Part shown: positions 27,130-40,409 of the stretch, in pieces
Layout of the letters: each line of letters begins with the position of its first letter
How positions within the stretch are numbered: position 1 is the stretch's first letter
From: Ruditapes philippinarum
Taxonomy: Eukaryota
NCBI RefSeq assembly: GCF_026571515.1
Contig: NW_026855417.1
Coordinates: 310,001 to 374,000 of the forward strand
Reading direction: 5' to 3'
DNA length: 64,000 nt
The notes under the pieces: generated by a model
What the model was told of the DNA's origin: nothing
The model's database searches: none
What the model saw: the letters and a program-made list of their open reading frames with translations, nothing else
Program-made: the position numbers and the translations under genes

Positions 27130-28178
27130 CTGAAAAGATTCATAAGAATGTTGTAAAACACATGCATCGTGCATTTAATCCTGTCAAAGACAAAAAGATG
27201 TACATGGTAAATGTTGAAACAATTAAACATTATACACGGGTAAATAGTGATCAGCACACAGGTTTTTAAATGCAATTAATTTCCTTTCATGAAAGCTGCA
27301 AGAGAGTTGAAGAAAAAGGGGATAATTAAATATGACGTTATCACATTTACATATGGTCTTATGGAGGTCCTTCTTGTATCCTGCATTTACCCAGTTTGTG
27401 CTTGGCTTTGAAGTCATTTCGATATTGTAATGGACATATCGAGACATTTTAGCTTTAGTGGTGGAAGAAGACTCAGATGCCTCTTCGTGCAATATTTTGG
27501 GCGCCAGCGGACATCTGATTAGAACAACTGACTTTCCGTAATATTGATGTAGAAAGAAACCAGTTACTGGCAGGATTCGATTTTATTTCTTGAATCATCG
27601 TTAAAAATTAATGAATAAAGCCTCAAAACATATTTTTTAACATAGATTAGCAGGGGCAATAGAAAAAGAAAAACGTACAGAAGATAAGTTAGAATTACAA
27701 AACAAATCCCCGAAAATTGTATTTTTATGCTTTTCTTATTCCGTTTTGAGTGCAACACTTTACAATTTGACCCATTTTTCAGTTAAAATAATTATTCTGG
27801 AAAAAAAAAAACAGACTGAGCGAATAAGCTTAATTTTGTACAAAAGTTGTTGGTATAGATCTTAATCAAATGAAACATTAATCTCGAAAAAATATTTTCA
27901 GTCCCGTCATCTCAAAAAAACTTCAGTGGAGTCCATTTAACAATAATACATGTTCTAAAAAGTAGAAATGATGTTCAAACAACATTTAGTTAACTTCGAA
28001 ATATGGTCACAATCAACGCTTTATGAAAGCCAAACTTTGAAAGCCAAATATATATTCAACGGTATTTCAACTTTAAATTAAGTCTCTGTGATAATCAAAT
28101 GTTACAACATCAATCTGTCTACAGGATACACGATTGCAGGCAATGCTGTTGTCTTATACATCATGACTCACATTATAA

Positions 28179-30239
28179 AGAAGTAAAATAAAGAAAACAC
28201 CCTTTATATAGAAGTAAAATAAAGAAAACACCCTTTATATAGAAGTAAAATAAAGAATACACCCTTTATATAGAAGTTAAATAAAGACAACACCCTTTAT
28301 ATAGAAGTAAAATAAAGAAAACACCCTTTATATAGAAGTAAAATAAAGAAAACACCCTATATATAGAAGTAACATAAAGAAAACACCCTTTACATAGAAG
28401 TAAAATAAAGAAAACACCGTTTATTTAGAAGTAAAATAAAGAATACACCCTTTATATAAAAGTAAAATAAAGACAACACCCTTTATATAGAAGTAAATAA
28501 AGAAAACACCCTTTATTTAGAAGTAACATAAAGAAAGCACCCTTTATTTAGAAGTAAAATAAAGAAAACACCCTTTATATAAAAGTAACCTAAAGAAAGC
28601 ACCCTTTATTTAGAAGTAAAATAAAGAAAACACCCTTTATATAGAAGTAACATAAAGAAAGCACCCTTAATTTAGAAGTAAAATAAAGAAAACATCCTTT
28701 ATATAGACGTAAAATAAAGAAAACACCCTTTATATAGAAGTAAAATAAAGAAAACACCCTTTATATAGAAGTAAAATAAAGAAAACACCCTTTATATAGA
28801 AGTAACATAAAGAAAACACCCTTTATATAGAAGTAAAATAAAGAAAACACCCTTTATATAGACGTAAAATAAAGAAAACACCCTTTATATATAAAAGTAA
28901 CATAAAGAAAACACCCTTTATATAGAAGTAACATAAAGAAAACACCCTTTATATAGAAGTAAAATAAAGAAAACACCCTTTATATAGACGTAAAATAAAG
29001 AAAACACCCTTTATATAGAAGCAACATAAAGACAACACCCTTTATATAGAAGTAACATAAAGAAAACACCCTTTATATAGAAGTAACATAAAGAAAACAC
29101 CCTTTATATAGAAGTAAAATAAAGAAAACACCCTTTATATAGAAGTTAAAAAAGAAAACACCCTTTATATAGACGTAAAATAAAGAAAGCGCCCTTTATA
29201 TTGAAGTAAAATAAAGAAAACACCCTTTATATAGACGTAAAATAAAGAAAGCGCCCTTTATATAGAAGTAAAATAAAGAAAACACCCTTTATATAGAAGT
29301 TAAAAAAGAAAACACCCTTTATATAGACGTAAAATAAAGAAAACACCCTTTATATAGAAGCAAAATAAAGAAAACATCCTTTATTTAGAAGTAAAATAAA
29401 GAAAACACCCTTTATATAGAAGTAACATAAAGAAAACACACTTTATATAGAAGTAACATAAAGAAAACACCCTTTATATAGAAGTAACATAAAGAAAACA
29501 CCCTTTATATAGAAGTAAAATAAAGAAAACACCCTTTATATAGAAGTAAAATAAAGAAAACACCCTTTATATAGAAGTAAAAAAAGAAAACACCCTTTAT
29601 ATAGACGTAAAATAAAGAAAACACCCTTTATATAGAAGTAAAATAAAGAAAACACCCTTTATATAGAAGTAAAATAAAGAAAACACCCTTTATATAGAAG
29701 TAAAATAAAGAAAACACCCTTTATATAGACGTAAAATAAAGAAAACACCCTTTATATAGAAGTAAAATAAAGAAAACATCCTTTATATAGAAGTAAAATA
29801 AAGAAAACACCCTTTATATTATTAGTTATAAAGATCGTTGACTGGTTATATGGCCCTATATAAACGGCTATTTGTAAATATAACCCACCGTTAGGGAGGG
29901 TTTTATTGGGGAAAAAGCCGTTTATTAAAGGAATATAACCTTCAAAATCTTTTTAACGAAAATTATAATACAGCAAGACATTTTAGAGAAAAAAATAAAA
30001 TTTCTTCATGAATCGACAGCAGCCGTGTATATAAAACTATATAAACGTCACGATTATCCAATGAAAAATGACGTTACAAACGTGCAGTATTATAAGAAGT
30101 AAAATAAAGAAAACACCCTTTATATAGACGTAAAATAAAGAAAACACCCTTTATATAGAAGTAAAATAAAGGAAACACCCTTTATATAGAAGTAAAATAA
30201 AGAAAACACCCTTTATATAGAAGTAAAATAAAGAAAACA
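28179..30239. repeat. 31-bp satellite (about 53 + 5 copies) in intron 3 of copy B, split by a 275-bp insertion at 29820-30094
   Basis: Unit AGAAGTAAAATAAAGAAAACACCCTTTATAT. The array ends 9 nt from the exon-3 boundary. Confidence 0.95.
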
Positions 30240-30248
30240 GAGTCTCAC

Positions 30249-30332
30249 CTTCGGTTGTATCGTGCCAAATCGTTGTCGGCTATATCAGAGAGTGGAAGAT
30301 TGAACAGTAAGAAAATGCCGTCTGCAAGAATG
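30249..30332 (-). CDS. MFSD13A: MFSD13A-like copy B, coding exon 3 (84 nt)
   Basis: TTACAG acceptor, GTGAGA donor. Reads SILADGIFLLFNLPLSDIADNDLARYNR. Confidence 0.9.
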
Positions 30333-30354
30333 CTGTAATATACAAAAAAACATA

Positions 30355-30591
30355 TGAGCCGTGTCATGACAAAACCAACATAATGGGTTTGCGACCAGCA
30401 TGGATCCAGACCAGCCTGCGCATCCGCGCAGTCTGATCAGGATCCATGCTGTTCGCTATCAGTTTCTCTACTTGTTATAGGGTTTGTAAGCGAACAGCAT
30501 GGATCCTGATCAGACTGCACGGATGCGCAGGCTGGTCTGGATCCATGCTGGTCGCAAACCCATTATGTTGGTTTTGTCATGACGCGGCTCA
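30355..30591. mobile_element. 237-bp palindromic (fold-back) MITE
   Basis: About 103-bp near-perfect inverted arms TGAGCCGTGTCATGACAAAACCAAC...GCTGTTCGCT. Absent at the homologous site of copy A. Confidence 0.92.
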
Positions 30592-31810
30592 ATTATATCC
30601 ATAAAATTGACATATTTTAACTTTACTTTATAGGATTTGAGAAGAATGTTTACTTACTTTTTAATTTTTGTAATTATTGAACAATAAAATTCAATAAGAA
30701 ATATCTTTTCCTATTTAATACACTAGACACATAATGACAAACAAAAGGGTAATAGCCATGAAGTGGCTCACCTGGCTTAAGAGTACAATTGGGAACTCAC
30801 GAATGATTTAAACATATTTTACAAGTTCTTGTTCAAGTACTAACTTAAGAACTGTAGAAGGTAAAACTATACAGTTCTAAATAGAGTTTCCAAAACACTA
30901 TTAAGCACTTTAAAAATGTGAAGAAAATTGATTTACAAAAAAGTAACAAGAGCATGAAAATCATAAAATGAAGATAATAATAATATTTTTCCCACTGATA
31001 ATACATTGATTGCCGCGTGAATGGCAACGTAATGGGGGTAACAATTGTACGTAGTCTTCGTGATTTTGTCCGATAAAATTCTGGATAAAATGTGATCCCT
31101 CGGAAGCATTAATCACAAGAAAATTACATGAAAATTGCAGACTCGGCTTTATGTAACACTCTTTTTATCTATCTCCGATAAGCTCTTAGATTCTAAAAAA
31201 AAGTCACAATTATAAATCGGCTTTAAAATTCTGACTAAATGCACACTGAATACAATTGGCAAACGTAAACATGTGTTGTACGATGTTCGATATTAAAAGG
31301 AACATTCTATTAAAATGATATTAAAATAAAAGATAATAAACATCATATCTCTTGATTGTTTCTTTATTCTTTGAAATTGAATGTCAAGCTTTAAATCTTA
31401 ATTATCCTGTAACTTTAATAGGCATTCTTGATGCCAGGTCTATTTATAAAACAATATATAAACTTGAAAGAATAATACCACACTGCTTAAATCTTTACAT
31501 CCAAATCAAAAATAGAATAAAATCAAAAATAGAATAAGAAACGCTATCTTTATAAATAAGATATATTTTTCTCTTCCTATCCACACCAACTAGAGACAAC
31601 CTTCAATTAATTTTCATGATTTCTTATGATTAAGGTGAACACATTTATGCTAGATATCTAAGCTATAGGTCTGGTATTTATACACCGATCTCTAAAGACA
31701 TTCCGTACATTATAAGTTTATGTTGAAATAAATGACCCCTAGGACGGAACAATTTTGGATCCCATGGATATATAGATTTGTAAAGATCCACTAGATGATG
31801 ATATACAAAG

Positions 31811-32250
31811 TGTTGATGCCGTCGCGTTGGTTGTGGTACGAATTGGCTTAGTGCGAAACATATTTAATTCCGACGTGATTATCTCCCTTTGACTTTTCTG
31901 CGGCATTTGTAACGATTGTTAAACGTTTTGGGGGAAAACGATCTTCGAAGAGTTTTTAAGTTCTAAATAGTGGCAAAGAGGTTTGTTATGCAGAATTGTT
32001 GTCTATTTTATAATATTTTGACTATATTTTTCTATGGAGTATTGTATTGTTGCATTTCGAACCAAATGTTTGATATTTTAAGTCTCAGAATTCGATTGTG
32101 TTTTGTCTTTTCAGTTTTCACGTGAGCATTGCGAACAATACAATCGAAATTGCGGAAATAAACTGTATTAAGCTCTCAGTGTATGTCTTTGTCAATCGGC
32201 CAGATTGCGCGCCATCAGCTCGATACCCTGAAAGGCGACTGGTCGCCATA
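31811..32250 (+). repeat. 5' LTR of the BEL/Pao element
   Basis: Starts TGT, contains AATAAA (32157-32162) and is co-linear with 40031-40406. Right boundary approximate. Confidence 0.8.
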
Positions 32251-35200
32251 GTGAAAACTCTTCACACCGTGTAATCCTGTTACAAGATCTGTGGAACATC
32301 TCCCCAGCTAAGATTGTTATAGATGAGTTTAAGTAGGCTTCAGAAAAATATTTGTAAAGCTACCACTTCATCTGATAATTCACAGACAGACCTGGCTTGG
32401 AAACCAGTCATTATAAGTGACAGTAAGGGTAGATATATAAAGTTAGCTGTCAACAAAAGTGTTTCTCATGAAAACGAAAATAATATGGTGTTTTAAAAGT
32501 GGAGGCAAATTGCCACGAAAGATATATTTGGTTAGAACACAACATTGAAGATCTTTTAAAGAAGCATAGAAGAATTGCCTTATTTATATGGTTGGGCACA
32601 TGTGACCTCACTAGAAAGGTTAATAAATATATTAACTTAAAACCAAATCCAGTTGCTAAACTTGAAAAATGATCTGCAAAAGTACAAGGACCTTGCTGAC
32701 AAGTACTCCGAGGTAAAAGATCTGTTTCATTCATGTTCCCTATTACTCAATTTAAAAGTGGGAACAAGTTAAAGGTCAAATTTAAAAATTTTGAAACAAA
32801 TTTAAAGAAAGACCGAAGACCCCACAGATTATATAAAATGAAAATTTAAAAAATTTATAGAAAGATTTTTAAAAATTTTCAAAACCCGGGGAAAAACCTC
32901 CAAAAATTAAAAACAGGATTTTGTGCATAATCGTAAAAAAAAAAATTCCAAAACAAGATAATTTCCGGAAATTCAATTTTTTTGTTTTTCCCGGGGAAAA
33001 AAATCCATCTTTATTTTTCCCAAAACGTTTTAAATCAAATTTTTGAACCCAAAATTTGGGGTTGTTTTTAAACTGGGAAAAACAGTTGTTTTTCTTAAAG
33101 GGAGGGGTTTCCGCCCAGAGTTTTTTAACATAAAAAAAATTTTTTACTTATATTTGGGATAAAATTTCCCTTAGATTTATTTGTTGTTTTTGTAAGCAGG
33201 GAATTCCAGCTACACCTTTATTCTAAGGTAATTTAATTTTTTTTTTTATATTAACTCAGATCATTCAATTTTGAAAAAACTAACCACATATATTAGCATA
33301 GTAGGTGCATACAAACATTCATTTAAGATGGCAGAAGGGCAGTCACTTGAATAAAAAGGTTGTAAACTCTGACAATACTGAAATTCAGAGCGCGTCGCCA
33401 GATTTACATCTAGTTCTAGGAATCCGATCTTAAAGCCGAGAAAGGTTTACCAATATCAAAGGGATATATATAACAAAAATTTCAGGTCTTGCGTGTCCAA
33501 AATGGCGAAGGCAATCTGTCCAAGTATCTATAATTATGTCGGACAGTTCAGAAGTAAAAGCGCTGCGCGACGAGAGAACAAATCTCGAAAATTCTTTTGC
33601 TGAACTGTGTACGGCTTACGATCAGTTAAACAATTTAAGCGCAGATGATAATATTGAAGTTTCGTAGTTCTGAAACATTCGATAAAATTGAAATTGAGCA
33701 TCAGCTGATTATGTGTAGGATATCTGAAAAAATTTCGGAACTTCAAGTCACAGATTTTGACTTACAGTCAATACGTTCGCAACAAAGTAATAGGTCTTAT
33801 AGATCGCGACGTTCTTTATAATTCAGTTGAATATTAAGACTTCTAATCGGCAACCGAAGCCGCTGTTTTAAGTGCTAGACTCAGATACATAGAAGCAGAA
33901 GCTCATTTCTCGCGCTCCAGTTTGAAAAAATCACAACAATTAAGAAATTAAAAAATGGCTAAAGCAAGATTAATGGCTCTAGATCAGGAGTTGGTTGGAG
34001 ATAATCAGTCTGATACTGTGACTAAACAATTGCAGTTGCCAGTTGCATATTGAAGATAAATCTGATTTCGTTCAAAAATATGTTGATACACAATCTCATA
34101 GCATTCAAAAAATGACTATAAATTATTTAAGTCATCGCATTCACAATACACTCAGGGCAGTCAAATACACATATGCCACAATTTACAAACTTCTTCTCTG
34201 CCCATTTGATTCAACACCTGTTGCAGCTCTGAATCGCTGCCAGTAAGACCCGTTTATGCCTAAAAGTTCACTTTCTAATGGCATCAGTATCTCATGATTC
34301 ACAATCTGCCATAAACAAACAAGCAGGTCAAGATCGTATTAATAATCAACGTTACAGAAGGGTTTTTTGATAAAGGGGTCGAGCAGATTAACTTTAAGTC
34401 ATTTGGTTTGAACAAATAGGGTCTTAATAGAACTACCCCTCCTGGAACCTGGAATATTTTTTGGAGATCCGTTGAAATACCCCCGATGTAAACAGTTTTC
34501 AATACTTTTTTGAAAAAAAAGTCCCTATTCGCCTTTTTGAAAAAATTCATTATTTGAAGAAATACATTTTTGGAACCGGTTGGGTAGTTGAGAGTTATTT
34601 CCCATCTTTTGTGATTTTTAAAGATGAGCAGAAGTTTGTTGGGTGAAAATAGGCCCCTCCCTTTTAAATTTTTTTCAAAAGCCCTTTTGTGAAAGGGTTG
34701 AAAAAAAGGGCCCAAAATAGCTGCGAGGGGTTTTCATGGTCTTAGGCGATTTTCAATTTCTTGCCGGGAGTGTGACAATGCAATTTTCGGGTTATTGGTA
34801 AATCTTGGGTGTCTCCAAAGAGATAGAAAAAAGAAGTTTTGCTTAAGTTAAACCAAGTGGAATTTGTCACACGTTGGGGAACCCGGGTTTTGTAGTAAAA
34901 TGAAGGGTCAGAAGGGGTTTATTTCCCCCCCTTTTCCCAATTTTTGGGAATTTTTTTGTCTGGTTTAACCAAAATGCTTGGGGACCAAAACATCTCTTCA
35001 GTCCCCTTAAAACAATCAACCCACTCTGAGTCAGATAAATCGGGTAAGGTTTCCCAAGGGGGATGAAACACGGGGGGACCCCCCTTTTGAAAGGGTTTTT
35101 CTAATTTTCTGATATTTAAAAAAAAAACCCCCTTAAATTCCCCCCTAATTCAGGGATTTTTAGTAATTTGTCAAAAAATTTTAAGGGGGAAAACCCTTTA

Positions 35201-38200
35201 TTTAAATCAGTGTTTTGCAGTTTGTCCCGTTAAAACTTTAAATGCCCGAAAAGGGTTTTATTAAAGAAAAACAAATTTTTCTTTGTTGTTTTAAAAACCC
35301 AAAAAAAAGTTTCAAAATTTGTAAAGGGAAGGAAAATGAAAACAAAGCTCTAAAATTTTACCCAAAGTCTTTGGGAAAGGTGGTGTTATAAATTTGGGAA
35401 AAACCCACAGAAAATCCTAAAAAAGGGTTTCCCAAAAAATAAACCCCCGTTGGGTTTTTAAAAACCCGTAAAAACATTTTCTACGACACCCTTTTTATGT
35501 TTTAAAAAGCTACCATGATAGTACCAGTATAGTTTTCCCCAGAAAGACAAAACCCCACTTATTTCCTACGAGCACCATTCATGGGTTTTAAATGGGTCCA
35601 TAAAAGTACCAGTATTGTGTTTAGAAAAAAACAATCCCACAGAAAAAAACGTTATTTCGCTTTTAGAGCAATCAATAGACCAAATTTCATTTATTCTTAG
35701 TCCCACCTGTCAAAAACCTTTTGGGATTTCAGGTCAAAGGAAAAAATTCTTCTTTCCACAAAACATTCTGAAAAACGTTTTTTTCCATGAAAGAAATTTA
35801 AAAATTTTCTTGTGCCCCCCTTTATAGCGGGCTTTTCGTATGGATTCCCAAAAGCTAAACCAAAAAGATTATGCACCATGATCACCATTCCGTTTCCTCA
35901 AATTGGGAGTGGCCCCCATTTCACCTATGTTGGGCAAGTTTAAATGCCTGTCCCTTTAAATGCGAAGGGACGCCTCATAAGGGATAATTTTTCTAGGGCT
36001 TCTTCTTTTAGAAAAAAATTCCCCAGATGGCCCAAAGGGCTTTAACCCCGAGGGCAGATTTAGTTGGGGGATCGTTTGGGATTTGTTGGGGTTTGGGTAA
36101 TGTGCACAGTTGTAAAAATGAAATTGGAGTAGTCATTTTGTAGTTGTTTCCCCGTGAAGTTCCCCCCAATTTTTTTTCTGGGCTACTCATTTTGCTAGGT
36201 CTCCCGAAAAAGCGTTAAAAAAAACTTGTTTAACCCCAAAAAAATTTTCGAAAATGACGAATCTAGATTTTTTGTACTTTTTCCATTCTTGTGAAAATTT
36301 TGTCTCGAGAAGACCAAAATTTATATTTTGTTGCAAGAAGGTAAATTTACAACCCGATGGTCCCTATAAATCCGTTACCTTTTAAAATTTTATTCCCGTT
36401 TACCCATTAAGGATCCTTACTCCCTTATTTTCCCTCTTTGGTTTAGTTGGGAAAAAAACTTGCCAAAAGGGTGAAATATACCAAACCAAATACTGCATTT
36501 TTTGAAACCCTTAAACAAGAAGGGTTTTGCTAGGGTCCCCCTGGAAAAATATTGACCGTTTAAAGGGTTTGGGCCCCGTGTGGGATACCAAAACCATGGT
36601 GGGGTTCCATCCGCAAAAAGCCTGCAAGATCAGGGGTTTTTGACTGTAAATTTCTCAGTTAAGGGTAAATCCTTAATGGGCTTTTAAACCCCGGGGCCAA
36701 TTTTAAAGTAAACTATGGGGTTCTTTTTAGATTTAAGGGAAAAGGGAAATTGTGGCCTTCACCTTTCGACAAAAACAAAAGTTTCCCCCAATTTGGGTAA
36801 AATAGGAAAATTGGGATTTTTGGTTTTGGGGGTGGAAGGATAGGGTCTTAAAATTTTGGTGGATGTTGAAAAATATCACATGAATGCCCCCTTTTTTGGG
36901 GCGGTTTTGTCCCCGGATGTTCAAATTTTTCTCTTAAACAGGGTGCTTTGATTACGAAGCTGGTTTGGGGGCTGAAATTTTAAATTTTATCAGGGGAGAT
37001 TTTATGTTGATGACGGATTTAAAATCCTGCCCTCCCCTGAACGATCCCAAATTTGTTTTTATAAATCGAGCAAAGAAATGTTGCAGTAAAGCTGGTTTCA
37101 AATTGGGACAAGTTTTAATCCAGCAAAGAAAGGGCTTAAACACATACCTGTTGATGAAAAGGTCTAGTTCCCTTTGAGAAAGTCATTTGTTTGGGGTTAT
37201 TTTCCTGTTGGGGCGTACTCTTTTATACAAAAGTTGTGGAAAACGGAAAAACCCTTCCCGTTCCGTATCACCTTAAAAAAATTTCCCTTTTTTCCCGTCG
37301 TGGGGTTTTGTCCAATTGATTCCCGTTTATACCCTCTTGGCTTTCAGCCCCCTGTGATTTTGATAGGGAAACAGCTTTTCAGCAAATTGTGTGAAAAAAC
37401 ACTTTATTGGATATTTTTTATCTGATGATTTTAAGCCCCCCGGGGAATGGGACATTAATCTTGCCCGGTTTGCATTCCTTTTCAGTGCCAAGGGGTAAAA
37501 ACCGAGAAATTTTGGTTCTTCGTGAGTAAACCCAATTAAAATTTAAATTTTAAAATGCAAGCTTTAAGGGTTTTGCCCGTGGGTCATACCTGAGAATGAT
37601 AGACCTAAGAAATTTAAAGTTCATTGTTCGCTGTTGTTAGGGGAAATCAAAGTTCATCCCCCTTTAAAAAAAACAACAAATTTCCCCGGGCTAGAACTTA
37701 CTGCAGCCGTGGGTTTTAATTAAAAGGTTTGGGAATTTGGGGCAGCTGGGAAATTTGACTTTGGGGTCAAAATTTTTTCCCAGTGGTTTTTACCCACCAA
37801 ATTTAAAAATTTTTCTTGGTTTATATTTTCCAAAGACTCCCGTAGATTTTAACCCTCTTTTTCGCAAATAGAGTACAGAGATTCCGGGAAACCAATTTCA
37901 GAAGAAAAACATTTGGGAAAAATTTGTTAAAAAGCTGCAATCCCGCCGACATTGCATCTAGGGGCGTATGCTCAAGAAAAGGGTTTGAACCCCTTGGTTC
38001 ACTGGGCCCAAAAATTTTTTGTGGAGCCTTTTAAAACCTTCTGTTAAAAGAAAGTACCCAGATCAGAAAATTGTCTCCCGTGACCAGAAGTTTAAAAAAT
38101 CATTGTTCATACTTCTTTAGCCAAAAGTGCTCATTCCATATTTTTGAAAGAAAAGGGTATTTTTTTTATTGGGCTCTTGCAAAGGGGGCAATTTCGGGCT

Positions 38201-40030
38201 TCCTTTGTTAGGAAAAGCTTGGGCAAAATTCTACCCAAAAGGTGTTCAATGGCATGTAAAATTTTATCGTTTAGGGTGCGTTTAAAAAATTATATCCAGT
38301 TCAGGGGAAAAGAGGGTTAATCACCGAAAGAGAAAACATAAAAATTTGGGGCAAAAAAGGGTTTCAAACGATGAGCAAGCACGAAAATTTTTGCAGCATT
38401 TTCAAGTCTCAGAACAAAAAAATTTAAAAAAATTTTAAAACATTTTAAAGTTTTTCCCAAAAAAGGGTTTTTATTTTTAAGTTAGACCCCTTTTAAAGGT
38501 GGGGGAAATTTTCTTAAGTTGGGGGTCGTCCCAGCTAATTTGCAGTTTTTTTCTTAGCGAGACACAAAACCCCTTTCTTAAACCCCGGGAAAGGGAAAGA
38601 AACCTTTATCTGATTCTTTTGAATTTTCCCTGAGAGAGTAAAAAACCAAGGTGGGGAAGAAACCCTAAATGAAATCAGAGCAAAAGGGTTTTTGCTTTTT
38701 CGGGTTTCAAACTCTGCCCTTTTTTTCCCGAAATCTTGCCCGCTTTATTTGCCCCTAAAAATGAGAGGCTCATTGCCCAAAATACAAAAAATGGCCCAAT
38801 TCCTTGATGAACTCGAACCCAAAGAATCCGTTTTAAATTTTTTGGTTGTAAATTTCTGGAAACCCTTTTACCTTTTAAAAAAAGGGAAAAAGAACTTTAA
38901 AAAATTTGGGGTTTTGTTTACGGGCTCTGGGTTTTTAAGCCCTGCATGTAAAAGGGAAACAGTTCTTTTTAAAACGAGTCCTTTTTAAAAGCTCTTCTTT
39001 GTTTGGGTCAAAATTTGTGGTTTGGGTTTGTTTTTCCAAGATCTGACCGGGGGCCCAAATTTTTTAGAGACAGAAAGAGCTCAAAAACGCCCTTTTTTTA
39101 GAAAGAATTTTTGACCCAAAAACCCTCACTTTTCTAAATTTAAAAGAGGGGGGGGACTTCCCATTTAATATGAACGTTCTTTCCCAGCCAATGGGGGGCA
39201 AATTTGGGGGGCGCCGAATTCCGCTCGGTTTCGCAACCCTTTTATTTCCCCTTTAAAATTTTTAAAAAAGGGGCACAAATTTGGGTGAAGAAGCCTTTCC
39301 CAAATTTTATGTGCGAACCCCAGCCCTTGGGTTTAAAGTCCCTCCGATTTCTGTTATGATGTGAAATCCTTTTTTCTGCTGAACCCCTAACGCCAAATCC
39401 CCTTTTTACTTTAAATCCAAGATCATTTGCAACCCTCCCGGAAACAAAAAAAAAGCCCCATTTTTTTTCCAGAAAACATTGGGCCAGGGAAACCAATATT
39501 TGGGAATGAGTTCTGGTTAGATGGAAACGGGAAATACTTAAAATAACCCTTTGGGAAAGGGTAAAAGGTTCCTGCTCGGGCCGAAAACTTTGCGTTGGTG
39601 ATGTCGTTATGATTTTTTTACGAAAACCTCCCTAGAGGTCAATGGGGATTTGGAATGGTTTTTTGAGGTTTTTCCCAAATAAAAATGATAGTAAAAAAAA
39701 AGGGCAAGGTAAAAAGTAGGGCGAACCCGGGTTTAAAAAAAAGGCAACAAAAAAGAAATAGAAATTTCTTAAAAAAAACCTGTTTATAAACTATTCTTTT
39801 TAGAGGGGACCGAGGGGATTCCCCCGTTTGAAGGCCAGTTAATATCCCTTTGATTTAAAAATTTTTTTTTCTTTCTAGCATTATATTTTATTTTTAAGAT
39901 GCCCAAAAGTTTAAAATCGATCAAATTTCGTCAGAACAATTTTTTTAAAAAGCGTTTTATAATTAATTCCCCTTAAAATTTTTTTTGTTGTTTTTAAAAA
40001 TTTTGTAATCCCAAAATTTTTTGGAAACCC

Positions 40031-40406
40031 TGTTGAAAACCCGGGCGCGTTTGGGTTTTGGGAAAAATTGGGTTATGGGGAAACATATTTTTTTCCCCAC
40101 GTAATTTTCCCCCCCTTTGAAAATTTTTTGCGGCATTTGTAAAGATTGTTTAAAAGTTTTGGGGAAAAAGGCCCTTTGAAAAGTTTTTAATTCTAAATAG
40201 TGGCCCAAAAAGGGTTTTTTATGGGAGGTTTTTGTCATTTTATAAAAATTTTACTTATTTTTTTTAAGTATGTATTGTTTGCATTTCGAAACCCAAAATG
40301 TTTTATAAATTTTTAAAAATTCCCGAATTCGAAATTTTGTTTTGTTTTTTAGTTTTTTACGTTTGGGATTCGGGAAAAAAACAATCGAAATTGCGGGAAA
40401 AAAACT
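40031..40406 (+). repeat. 3' LTR of the BEL/Pao element (truncated, homopolymer-distorted)
   Basis: Shares ordered blocks TGTTGA, TGCGGCATTTGTAA, TTCTAAATAGTGGC, TTGCATTTCGAA and CAATCGAAATTGCGG with the 5' LTR. Confidence 0.8.
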
Positions 40407-40409
40407 AAC

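Larger units (their letters stand above)
31811..40406 (+). mobile_element. BEL/Pao LTR retrotransposon in intron 2 of copy B, antisense to the host; internal region heavily frameshifted
   Basis: 5' LTR TGTTGATGCC... at 31811 to about 32250, followed by GTGAAAAC. 3' LTR at 40031-40406. Gag-like start at about 33329. Residual pol motifs: HHGV.HPQKP..IR..FDC (about 36595-36646), YVDDG (37003-37017), RLELTAAV (about 37688), ANRVQ (about 37864), NPADIASRG (about 37939), FW.RWKRE (about 39511). Confidence 0.88.

Noticed and set aside
27223-27540. Sense-strand ORF in intron 3 of copy B as an extra exon
   Set aside because: No counterpart in copies A or C, no recognisable domain, and the four-exon model is complete without it.
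5211-30239. 25-bp and 31-bp arrays as possible CRISPR arrays
   Set aside because: Head-to-tail units with no unique spacers, no cas genes, and a spliced eukaryotic context.
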